DNA from: a virus | DNA length: 64,000 bases | IMG/VR virus record: IMGVR_UViG_3300012944_000004 | Reading direction: 5' to 3' (one strand) | Part shown: positions 27,687 through 35,886 of the stretch, piece after piece | How positions within the stretch are numbered: the stretch's first letter is position 1 | How the letters are laid out: the number at the start of each line of letters is the position of its first letter | Translations under genes and position numbers: made by a program | The notes under the pieces: model-generated | The model's database searches: none | What the model was told of the DNA's origin: nothing | Seen by the model: only the letters and a program-made list of their open reading frames with translations

Positions 27687-28126
27687 CACGCCACCGTCTT
27701 CGGTGGAAGAGCGCCCGACAAACCAATGGTTCCGGGGATGCGATTGCGTACACCCCACCCTTGGATCCCCGCGTCTGTCTGGTCATCGAGCACGCCATCG
27801 GTTCGTCCGACAAGTGCACCTGGTTGAGCATTTTTCCAAACCTGGAACGCCGCAACCGATGCGCTTTGGCCTGTCGCGGTAGCCCACGCCTTCAGGATGG
27901 TGTTGTCCGAAGAAATTCGTGTCGCATCGGTGATCGCTGGCTGACTTGTCGGCAGGGCCTTGTACTTGCTGTAGGCCATGAGTGCACCCTCGCCGAGCAC
28001 GCCACCAGCAACGACACCGAGAATGCGATGCTTCGAGCCACCGACGAAGAAGCCCGCGATGGCGCCGACGATCGGAAACCCTAGGATCGTAACAAGAGCG
28101 CCTGTGCCTCCAATGTTGGCCGTCAT
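27686..28126 (-). CDS. Two-TM protein with PG_binding_1-like C-terminal domain
   Basis: Start MTANIGG at 28126; VAAFQVWKNAQ...TDGVLDDQT; ends LPPKTVA. Confidence 0.6.
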   Translation of the reverse strand: MTANIGGTGALVTILGFPIVGAIAGFFVGGSKHRILGVVAGGVLGEGALMAYSKYKALPTSQPAITDATRISSDNTILKAWATATGQSASVAAFQVWKNAQPGALVGRTDGVLDDQTDAGIQGWGVRNRIPGTIGLSGALPPKTVA

Positions 28127-28305
28127 CACGCCACCGTCTTCGGCGGCAGCTTCGCCCCGCCTTGCGGCGCCGGAGGCTTCAAGGCGCCTGCCAGGCGCGT
28201 CGCCACGGGGCTTGCCGCATAGGCGATGTTGACCACCGCGCTGATGGCGACAAGGCCGAGGAAGAAGGTCATCCAGGGGTGTTTTTCGGGGAAGCTCATG
28301 ATCAT
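28126..28305 (-). CDS. Small membrane protein ending LPPKTVA
   Basis: ATGA overlap at 28305; TM WMTFFLGLVAISAVVNIAYA. Confidence 0.6.
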   Translation of the reverse strand: MIMSFPEKHPWMTFFLGLVAISAVVNIAYAASPVATRLAGALKPPAPQGGAKLPPKTVA

Positions 28306-28826
28306 CCTTTCGCGGGCGCTTTGAACAGACGAACGGTGGAAGCGATCTGCCCGACGACGTAGGCAGAGCCCACGAAGCCGGCGACAACCGCGGCGTACTT
28401 GATGGCCGTCATGACCGTCGGATCGAGGGTCTTCTTGTCCTCGGGCGGCTTGGTGTTGGGCGCGACGAGGGTGCAGTTGAGGGCTTCGACTTTCTGGCCC
28501 CACTCGTAGAGCTCCTTGGTGAGCGCCTGGGCGTCATCGGCTGTGCGCCCGTCGCCGCCACCCACGTGCGTGCTGCCATCGGGCGTCACCGTCGTCACCC
28601 AACCGAAGTCGGTGGTTGCGAAGCGTGTGAGGCGCCCCAGAAACTCGTTCCAGGCAGCAGCGATGTTCGCTGGAAGCGTAGTGCATGCCTTGATCGCGAT
28701 ATCGAGCGCCTTGGCGTGCTGGAGCATGTCGTTTTGGATCTGCTTCAGATCCCCAGGTAGCCAGTTCTTGCCGAAGACGGTCTGCGCGACGACAAGCAGT
28801 GCGAAGATGGAAGCGACGATGGGCAT
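28302..28826 (-). CDS. Helical protein with N-terminal signal/anchor and C-terminal TM
   Basis: Start MPIVASIF coupled via TGATG; C-terminal YAAVVAGFVGSAYVVG. Confidence 0.65.
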   Translation of the reverse strand: MPIVASIFALLVVAQTVFGKNWLPGDLKQIQNDMLQHAKALDIAIKACTTLPANIAAAWNEFLGRLTRFATTDFGWVTTVTPDGSTHVGGGDGRTADDAQALTKELYEWGQKVEALNCTLVAPNTKPPEDKKTLDPTVMTAIKYAAVVAGFVGSAYVVGQIASTVRLFKAPAKG

Positions 28827-30025
28827 CAGCGTTTCCTTCGAGGACGCGACTGGCCGAATACGTACACAACGCCCGCCACCGCGCCCGCGGCAATGGCCCA
28901 TCCGGTCAACTGGCCGAGGCTCATCGCAGAGTCGCCTGGCGGCTTGCCGTTGAGAGCCGCTGTGCCGTCGATGATGGCCTGGCGATAGAGCGCGAGGTTG
29001 TTCTTGGCGATGGTCTGCGCCTTCGAGGCGATGGCCGCTGTTGCCGCAGTCGCAGAGAGTGCCTGGATGTCGCCGTTGGAGAGCCATGCCTGGTGGGTGA
29101 AGGGCTGCGTCGTGGGCGCCGCACCGGCCGCGTCGATCTTGGGGCCAACGATGGTTGCGCCGGCCTGCGCAGCTGCCTGGTAGGATTGCACTGCAGAAGC
29201 GAGCTCCGGCGGCGAGGCAGTGAGGTAGGTGTCACCCGCGTCGATGACGGCGGCCACCTGGTTGCCCAGATCGGTTGCTGCGCTCGTCATCTCCGCAACG
29301 CTGCCAAGACGACGCATACCGACCTCTCGCTGTGGAAGGCGACCGAGAGTCACTTTCGGCATCACAAGCTCCCCATCGAGGATGTCGCGCAGCGCCCCCA
29401 GGTACCGCGCGCGTCCGACGGCGACTAACTCCACATCGCGCACCCCAGCAACGGCCAAGTTCTCCTTGCCGAACGGGTCGATGCGGTATTCGCTCACCGC
29501 GCGCGGCTTCCAGCCCACCGGGTTGTTCGCCGAGTTGAAGTTCGAAAAATCCGTCGCGAGCCACGTCCCATCGTCATCCTGAATCTCAAGCAGGACATGA
29601 TCCGTGTTGGAGTCGAAGTGCTGCACCAGCAGCCGCACCGGGATGCCGTAGCCGGTGCCAAGCCAACCGAGCGTCGCTGTCCCGTCGTCGCAGTCGCCCA
29701 CGGGGATGCACGCCGCGGCCCCCGGCACGCACAGCGTGATCATCGGGTTCTGCACCGTCTCGGTCATGTGCGCGTCCGGCCGATACCGGACGTTGTCGCG
29801 CACAAAGTCGAGGAACGCCTGCATCGCCTGGGCGTTGGTGAGGCGCGCATTGGGCGCGTAGCCAGCCTGCTGGATGATCCCTTCGGCGAACTGGCGTGCG
29901 AGCTGGTTGTGCCGCGCCTCGTGGATGTACGAGATGACCTTCTCGATGGCCTTCTCGGGGCCCGCGGCGCCGGCCGGGTAGTCCTGCCGGCTGACCGACA
30001 GTCCGGAGATGGTGGGCATCGCCAT
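28826..30025 (-). CDS. Transglutaminase-like (papain-fold) Cys protease with C-terminal TM and basic tail
   Basis: VRYRPD, GDCDD (Cys), DHVLLE (His), WLATD (Asp); tail WAIAAGAVAGVVYVFGQSRPRRKR. Confidence 0.8.
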   Translation of the reverse strand: MAMPTISGLSVSRQDYPAGAAGPEKAIEKVISYIHEARHNQLARQFAEGIIQQAGYAPNARLTNAQAMQAFLDFVRDNVRYRPDAHMTETVQNPMITLCVPGAAACIPVGDCDDGTATLGWLGTGYGIPVRLLVQHFDSNTDHVLLEIQDDDGTWLATDFSNFNSANNPVGWKPRAVSEYRIDPFGKENLAVAGVRDVELVAVGRARYLGALRDILDGELVMPKVTLGRLPQREVGMRRLGSVAEMTSAATDLGNQVAAVIDAGDTYLTASPPELASAVQSYQAAAQAGATIVGPKIDAAGAAPTTQPFTHQAWLSNGDIQALSATAATAAIASKAQTIAKNNLALYRQAIIDGTAALNGKPPGDSAMSLGQLTGWAIAAGAVAGVVYVFGQSRPRRKR

Positions 30026-30051
30026 GACTCTCCGACAACGCTACCATTCGA

Positions 30052-30080
30052 TTGTCAAGCGGTCATCTACCCTCTAGAGT
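30052..30080 (+). promoter_or_regulatory. Sigma70-like promoter TTGTCA-N17-TAGAGT, probably leaderless to ATG 30088
   Basis: -10 element ends 7 nt before the ATG. Confidence 0.5.
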
Positions 30081-30087
30081 TGAAGGC

Positions 30088-30594
30088 ATGACCAAGGGTG
30101 GCGTCTTCGCGGTGGTTGCGCTCGGATCGGCAATCGGCGCTGTCGCGGGAGCTGCCGCCATCGGGAAAAAGCGGGGGCCGATGAGGCAGCAGCCCTACGC
30201 GCCCATCGGCGCTGCGGTGCTGGCGACGGGAGTCGCCGCGGTGGCCTACAAGGCGCCCCAGTGCCCTCCCTGCGCCCCAGGGTTGGTCGCGAATGGAGTC
30301 GTCACCAGTCTGCCGGCGCTCTCGCACGGGGGCTACGGCGCGGCGGTGGCGCTCGCGTCGGCCATTGGCGGGGTCGTCGGAGCGATGGCCATCGGCAAGC
30401 AGAAGTCGAGCAAGCTGCTCGGCCAGCAGCCCTACTCGGCCATTGGCGCAGCGCTCGCGGGCGCGGGCGCGGCGGCCATCTTCTACCCCAACGCGCCGAG
30501 CTGCCCGCCGTGCGTCGCACCGACTCCCCCGCCGGCCCCCTCGCCGAACGACGGCAATGGAGCTCCGACAGGTGCACCCTCGCCGCCGCGCTAG
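30088..30594 (+). CDS. Internally duplicated four-TM membrane protein, oriented opposite to the structural operon
   Basis: Two ~70-aa units, each TM-basic-QQPY-TM-CPPC. Confidence 0.7.
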   Translation: MTKGGVFAVVALGSAIGAVAGAAAIGKKRGPMRQQPYAPIGAAVLATGVAAVAYKAPQCPPCAPGLVANGVVTSLPALSHGGYGAAVALASAIGGVVGAMAIGKQKSSKLLGQQPYSAIGAALAGAGAAAIFYPNAPSCPPCVAPTPPPAPSPNDGNGAPTGAPSPPR

Positions 30595-31121
30595 ACGTGA
30601 AACGTCAGCGGCTTCGGAGCAACGACCAGCGGTAGCGAGACGACGGTCTGCTGCGCGCGGCCCGCGCTGTCCTTCCAGCCGGCGACGATCATGTTGGTGC
30701 CAACCAATTGCCCGATCGAGAGCGAGATGGCGCTCGTCGTGTCCCCGTTGAGGCCCACCTGCGCGAAGATCGCATGCGTTGAGGAGTTGCCGATGATGAT
30801 GGTCGTCCACGAGGCGCCTGGGGGCAAGATGAGGGTCACCCATGAGGTGCCCGTCAGCTGCGTCGACATCGCGCCGGGGGCCATTGTGAGCTGAGGACCT
30901 GCGGGGGGCGCATTGCTCGAAAAAGTACCGGCCCCCGTCGAGGGGATAGGCCGCAGGACGTTGATCAGCGGCGGAGGAGGACCCGTCTTGGCTGCGAGCT
31001 GCGCGGCGAATGTCGCCCCTGCCGCGGCGGTCTTACGGCTCTGCACAGCCTCATAGGCCATGACGCCCGCGACGCCCACGCCCACGATACCGAGCCCCAA
31101 CATCCACGGCTTGACCTTCAC
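30591..31121 (-). CDS. N-terminally anchored beta-domain protein (family A)
   Basis: GTG at 31121; TM ending AYE; LILPPGASW...AGWKDSAGRAQQTVV. Confidence 0.75.
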   Translation of the reverse strand: MKVKPWMLGLGIVGVGVAGVMAYEAVQSRKTAAAGATFAAQLAAKTGPPPPLINVLRPIPSTGAGTFSSNAPPAGPQLTMAPGAMSTQLTGTSWVTLILPPGASWTTIIIGNSSTHAIFAQVGLNGDTTSAISLSIGQLVGTNMIVAGWKDSAGRAQQTVVSLPLVVAPKPLTFHV

Positions 31122-31132
31122 AGGGACTCCTC

Positions 31133-31456
31133 TCAGGCGACGTGGTAGCCGAGCGCGGTCATGATGCTTTGCAGCTGCGGGTTCATCTGCGAGTAGAGAG
31201 CCGAAGGGATGCCAGTGGCTTGCCAGTCGGAGAGCGACGCGTGGTCGATCGACGCAGCGAAGTTGGCCCACTGCGCGTAGGTCATCGTCTGACCTGCGAT
31301 CGTGGCTGTCTGGTTGGCGACGTTGGCCACGGCAGTGCCGCCTCCGGTTGGAGCCGCCGGCTGGCTCTTCTCGTAGAAGTAGATGCCGATGCCAGCGACG
31401 GTCAGCGTCCCGAGTCCCACGAGCCACGCGAGCGCGGCGTTGTCTTTCTTGGCCAT
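31133..31456 (-). CDS. N-terminally anchored small protein
   Basis: TM ending FYE. Confidence 0.7.
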   Translation of the reverse strand: MAKKDNAALAWLVGLGTLTVAGIGIYFYEKSQPAAPTGGGTAVANVANQTATIAGQTMTYAQWANFAASIDHASLSDWQATGIPSALYSQMNPQLQSIMTALGYHVA

Positions 31457-31468
31457 GACGTCCTCATC

Positions 31469-32734
31469 CTATCGCAAACGACCGACGACGGCGCGTACGC
31501 CACTTTTGCCCAGGGAGATCGTACGAAACGAACCCTTTTGGAAGTCACCAGGGTCGCGCTGGCGAATCCGAACGGTGTTCGGCTTGATGTCCGGCTCCTT
31601 GTGCACCGCGTAGTTGTGACTACGGGCCCACGCCTTGGCGCGTGAAGGAGAAAAACGCGGGCGGGGGAAGAGCAGCGTTTGCACCGTCGTCTTCTTGCTC
31701 GACTCACTCGCAGTGAGTGGCAGCGGGTTGACCTTGGCGATGAGTCGCCCAGCAGAGCCCTTCCAGACGCCGCGCGCGGCGCCGAGGTAGCTCTGCTTCG
31801 TCAAAAGGGCCCAGACGCCAATGCCGGCTGCGCCAGTCGCCAACGTGATCGCAGCGATGATAGCGATGCGTTTCGCTGTTGACGGCGCGGTGGCCGCGGA
31901 AGCGCCTGCCTTCTGCAAGGCCGCCATCGAGTCCGCCGTCGTAGGCAGATGGCGAAGCGTGATCGGCGTGAGAATGAGACCCCCCGTGTTGACCGTGAAG
32001 GAGCTCGTTGTCTGATCTGGCCCGTTGTAGTTTGCAGGGTTGACGAGATCGGCGAACGTCGCGTTGTCAGGCAAATGAGTGTATTTGGCGACAATCGCAT
32101 TGTAGAGCGCGTCGGCGATCGGATCGTAGTTCGGGTTGGCCCCGAAGCTGGTGATGTGATCGAAGACACGCTGGACGACTCGCGTCGAGGACGGCGCGTG
32201 CTTGGCGTTCCAGCTGGCGATGAGGCTCGCGAGCAAGACCTGCGGCGGCAACTTCGCCTGAGGAAAACAGTTCTGCGCGAGCAGCCAGTTGTACTCGAGG
32301 ATGGGATTCGCGTAGGCCTCGAAGCTCCCCGGAGCATCGGGGCCGTAGCTTCCATTGAACGAGGCCCACGACGTGAAGTTGGGCCACGAGGTCAAGTCGA
32401 GCGGCGAATTGCTCCGCGGGGGGTTCGCACACGTGCCGGCGCCACCACTCGCGTGCGGCGCTACGTTGTATAGCTCGAGGAGCCCGGCGAAGACGGGGCC
32501 TGCAATGGGTACTGCGGCTGCAGCCGTCGCCGCCATGGCCTGAAGGACCGCCTGCGAGGCCGCGTCGGAGATTTGGATGGTGCCATTGGGCCCAAGGGTG
32601 ACACCCTGCGGCGCCTTGTTGAACGACTCGTAGTACGCAGCACCCGTCGCGACATCCGTTTGGATGTCGTCGGGAACATACGAAGTCAGGTCGAACTGCT
32701 CGTTGATCTGGCCCGCGATGCTGGCTGCGCTCAC
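31469..32734 (-). CDS. Membrane-anchored virion protein candidate with a basic C-terminal domain
   Basis: TM IAIIAAITLATGAAGIGVWALL; tail VQTLLF...AKAWARSH...RIRQRDPGDF..FRTI.L..GVRAVVG. Confidence 0.65.
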   Translation of the reverse strand: MSAASIAGQINEQFDLTSYVPDDIQTDVATGAAYYESFNKAPQGVTLGPNGTIQISDAASQAVLQAMAATAAAAVPIAGPVFAGLLELYNVAPHASGGAGTCANPPRSNSPLDLTSWPNFTSWASFNGSYGPDAPGSFEAYANPILEYNWLLAQNCFPQAKLPPQVLLASLIASWNAKHAPSSTRVVQRVFDHITSFGANPNYDPIADALYNAIVAKYTHLPDNATFADLVNPANYNGPDQTTSSFTVNTGGLILTPITLRHLPTTADSMAALQKAGASAATAPSTAKRIAIIAAITLATGAAGIGVWALLTKQSYLGAARGVWKGSAGRLIAKVNPLPLTASESSKKTTVQTLLFPRPRFSPSRAKAWARSHNYAVHKEPDIKPNTVRIRQRDPGDFQKGSFRTISLGKSGVRAVVGRLR

Positions 32735-32794
32735 CGCCTCACAGTAGCGCTAGATGGGCCTGTTGGACAACTAGAGGCTTGACAGCGAGGCGAA

Positions 32795-32950
32795 CTAGGC
32801 TTGGCCGCGGCCGACGGGTTTGCCTTCCGCGTCGAGCTTCTCCGCGAATGTGGCGATCGGCTTTACCTTCGCCAAAAGGGCCAAGAAGTCGGGGCACTCC
32901 GGAACTTGATGCGCCAGGCCACAAAACGGACAGAGCTTGTTGTGGATCAT
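32795..32950 (-). CDS. 51-aa zinc-knuckle-like protein (absent from the ORF track)
   Basis: MIHNKLCPFCGLAHQVPEC...; ATGA overlap with the upstream ORF. Confidence 0.55.
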   Translation of the reverse strand: MIHNKLCPFCGLAHQVPECPDFLALLAKVKPIATFAEKLDAEGKPVGRGQA

Positions 32951-34434
32951 CCGATGTTGGGGGTCCACCCCGCGGCGCGTGACTGGCTTCCATTGGCCTG
33001 CGGCTGCGCGGCGTTCGGCGGCAGATTTCGCACGGCCTGTGCCTGCTGCCCTCCCATGTTAGTGAGCGCGGAGACCAGCTTGCCGAAGGTCCCCTGGTCG
33101 AGCATCTGCATCCCCTTCTCGAGGATCTTGCCAGAGATCTTAGGGTTGCCCAGAGCGTTGCGCGTCAGCCACTGCAGCGTCGTCTCGCCCTCGGCCTGCT
33201 TGCCATACATGACCGGCTCCCCCTCGAAGCGGATGAACTGCTCGTTGACCGGCTGCATCGCGTGCTCGTCGACTTCGGGGGCGACGACGACGGTGGGAAG
33301 CGCGGGAGCCGCGACGGGCGTCTCCTCTTCCTCTTCGGGGGCGAACATCTCGCGCATCTCCGCTTCCATGCGGCGGAACTCGCGCATCTGCGTGAAGAAC
33401 TCCTTGGCTGCGGTCATGGGCGCCGTCACGGCCTGCGCGACGACGGGTGTAGTGAGCGGCGGTGCCGCGGGGGCCAGTGGAGGAGCGCCAGGAGTCGGGA
33501 TGACGCCCAACGTCTGCAGCGTCTGCGTCACCGTCCGCGCGATGCGCTCCTCGAGATTGTCGACCGCTGGCGCCGCAGGTTGCTGCATGAACGTCCGCGG
33601 ATCGGGCGGTGGAGGCGGAGCCTGGCCGAGGCGTGCAGCCTCACGGCGTTCGCGCTCGTACATCCCCCAGACGCGATCGAACATCGACTCCATGAAGGCG
33701 TTGCCCCCCGCTGCTGCAGGCGCCGCCGGAGTTGGCATAGACCCTCCATCGAAAGCCTGTGGCGCATGCCTCTCCGGCGCGCCCGCGTAGGTGGGCCTTC
33801 GGTAGGACGGCGCCGCACCCCCGAAGTCCCGCTCTCGCTCGCGATCTCGCTGCATCGTCGCGACCGCCTCCCAGCGCTTGCGGATGTCCGCTGCGCTCTG
33901 GAGCACCACTTCAGCCGTGCCGAGGCTCCGATCGTTCTTGGCCCCGCCTCGCAGTTGAAACCAGAGGCGGTACTTCGCAGGACCCGCGTTGGTTGCAACT
34001 TGGAAAACCCGCTCGAGGTAGTCGATGAGGTCTTCGCCCGGCGTCCTGCTCGAGGTGCCGGCCACCGACGCGCCGTCGATAGGGGCCATCTGCTTGGCCT
34101 CCTCGCGATTGGGGCCGATGATGGTCTGCCGCGCGGCGATGGAGACCTGCTCGGCGCCGCCGAGGCCTCGCGCGCCGATACGCTCGATGATGTCCTCCCA
34201 GATGGCGCCGACGTCGAGCTCCCGCGGGCCAACGTCGGCGGGTTCGGGTGAGGAGGCCGACGTCGCGGGCTGCGAGATGGGGCCGGAGTTCTTGCGGGGC
34301 CGGCCGCCCTTGTTTTTCTTCACAGGCGAAGCGGGAGCCGGTTGGGGAACCGGCGGGGCGGCAGCCTGCGGCTGATCGTCGTCCTCTTCATCTTCGGCGA
34401 GAGCGGCGGCGAGATCCGAGTCGACTTCACTCAC
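32947..34434 (-). CDS. Pro/Ala-rich 495-aa hypothetical protein
   Basis: Long ORF with acidic N-terminus, one globular segment and coiled-coil/Pro-rich regions. Confidence 0.8.
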   Translation of the reverse strand: MSEVDSDLAAALAEDEEDDDQPQAAAPPVPQPAPASPVKKNKGGRPRKNSGPISQPATSASSPEPADVGPRELDVGAIWEDIIERIGARGLGGAEQVSIAARQTIIGPNREEAKQMAPIDGASVAGTSSRTPGEDLIDYLERVFQVATNAGPAKYRLWFQLRGGAKNDRSLGTAEVVLQSAADIRKRWEAVATMQRDRERERDFGGAAPSYRRPTYAGAPERHAPQAFDGGSMPTPAAPAAAGGNAFMESMFDRVWGMYERERREAARLGQAPPPPPDPRTFMQQPAAPAVDNLEERIARTVTQTLQTLGVIPTPGAPPLAPAAPPLTTPVVAQAVTAPMTAAKEFFTQMREFRRMEAEMREMFAPEEEEETPVAAPALPTVVVAPEVDEHAMQPVNEQFIRFEGEPVMYGKQAEGETTLQWLTRNALGNPKISGKILEKGMQMLDQGTFGKLVSALTNMGGQQAQAVRNLPPNAAQPQANGSQSRAAGWTPNIG

Positions 34435-34721
34435 TGGAGTGCTCCTTTTGAAAGACCGAGGCGATCGAGAACGAGATCCTTGAACGTTTCGGACTGTTGG
34501 TCACCGACAAGGTATGGCGCCAGAGTCGCCTCGACAACTTCAACAGGATCGACCTGAGGCATGTCGGCCAGAAGGACGCGCAAGTAGCCGGCGAGCACCG
34601 CAGCTCCCGCTACGTCCGATCCTGCAGCGAGCTGCATGAGACGTCTGCCGGTCACCATGAGCGCGTTGGCCATCGCAGTGCCTTCACGCTCGAGACCCAT
34701 GAGCTCTTCCTCTGTCGCCAT
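34431..34721 (-). CDS. Hypothetical helical protein
   Basis: Start MATEEE at 34721. Confidence 0.55.
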   Translation of the reverse strand: MATEEELMGLEREGTAMANALMVTGRRLMQLAAGSDVAGAAVLAGYLRVLLADMPQVDPVEVVEATLAPYLVGDQQSETFKDLVLDRLGLSKGALQ

Positions 34722-34732
34722 CTTCAACTCCG

Positions 34733-35530
34733 TTACGAGATCACGAGCGATGTCTGGTAGACGGGCAAGGTCAGCTTCTGCGTAAAGGTCGCGCCCATCC
34801 AGCTCTGCAGCATGGACTTCTGGCTGTCGGGAAAGCCGTCGTCGCAACACGACGAGAAGAAGGGTTGGAAGGCGAGCGCGGCGACGGTTGCGTAGCCGTT
34901 GCCGGGCGACAGCAAGTCGAGGGCCGTCACCTTGAGCGTGGGGCTGATGATGCCTCCGGAGCCGCCCGAATCGGTCACCACGGCCACCGGCGGCACCTGG
35001 TAGGGCCCTCCGGGGTTGGTAATCACAGGCACCTGCAGGTTGCCACCGATCTGCGTGATGGTCGCCGTCGCCTGTGTCCCGCCGGGGGCCAGCTGGCCAC
35101 CGACGAACGCGATAGTAGGCGCCACGTAGCCGGCCCCGCCCGCGATGACGATGCACCGACCGACGCCCATGTCAGCGCGCACGCGCGCGATGACATTCTG
35201 GGCGGTCCCTGGGACCGTAACGAGGGGCGGCGCTGCGTAGTCCGCTCCAGCGACACCAAGGGCCACCGACTTGACCGGCGAGCCGTTGGTGTTTCCGGGG
35301 AACAACGTTGCAATACCCGTCGCGTCGGTTGTCGGCCGCGCGCGAAACTGGATGGTGCGCGTGACGACCTGCCCCACCTCCGACGTGTTGTCCGCCACGT
35401 AGAGCAGCCCCACCTTGTTGGGCAGGAACAGATCCACGGGGATCGCCAGCATGCGCAGAGCGAGCGCGTTGGCTGAAACCGCTCCAACGGCGGTGAACTT
35501 GTAGACGGCGGTGAGCAGGGTGGTCGTCAT
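34733..35530 (-). CDS. Beta-repeat structural protein (G.GY..P.V repeats)
   Basis: Four repeats of V...G.(G)Y..PP.V type. Confidence 0.6.
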   Translation of the reverse strand: MTTTLLTAVYKFTAVGAVSANALALRMLAIPVDLFLPNKVGLLYVADNTSEVGQVVTRTIQFRARPTTDATGIATLFPGNTNGSPVKSVALGVAGADYAAPPLVTVPGTAQNVIARVRADMGVGRCIVIAGGAGYVAPTIAFVGGQLAPGGTQATATITQIGGNLQVPVITNPGGPYQVPPVAVVTDSGGSGGIISPTLKVTALDLLSPGNGYATVAALAFQPFFSSCCDDGFPDSQKSMLQSWMGATFTQKLTLPVYQTSLVIS

Positions 35531-35545
35531 GGTGGGCGCAGTATC

Positions 35546-35884
35546 CTACGGCGATTCCTCTGCGTCGAGAGCAGCCAGGTGAGCGCGCCCCATGCGCTCG
35601 TTGGTTTCTGCCAGGGGCGCCTGGCGGAAGGCAGCGACGCGCGCCGCTTCCTCCCTGCGAGCTTGCATCTTCGCCGCGTGCACCGCACCACCCTTGCGCC
35701 CCGCCTCGCGCGCTTTCTCGCTACCCTTCTGGAACTCAAAGGCGGTCCCCTTGACGTGGGCGGCGATGCCGCCCTTGCGAGCGATTTCGCTTCGGCGCTC
35801 GGGCGAGACGGAGGTCATGCCTGGCTTGCGGCGCGGGGGTTCGACGGTTGGATCGAAGTCTTGAACGAGAATGTGCTGCGTCAT
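35546..35884 (-). CDS. KGG-repeat general-stress-like protein (YciG/GsiB/Con-10 type)
   Basis: SPERRSEIARKGG..AH..G.AFEF...SEKAREAGRKGG. Confidence 0.8.
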   Translation of the reverse strand: MTQHILVQDFDPTVEPPRRKPGMTSVSPERRSEIARKGGIAAHVKGTAFEFQKGSEKAREAGRKGGAVHAAKMQARREEAARVAAFRQAPLAETNERMGRAHLAALDAEESP

Positions 35885-35886
35885 GG

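Noticed and set aside
28826-30025. Transglutaminase-like protein as the lasso B2 leader peptidase
   Set aside because: Same superfamily, but it has the GDCDD/HV Transglut_core pattern rather than the B2 CL..S...AHAW pattern, is membrane-anchored, lies 30 kb away, and has no RRE or cyclase beside it.
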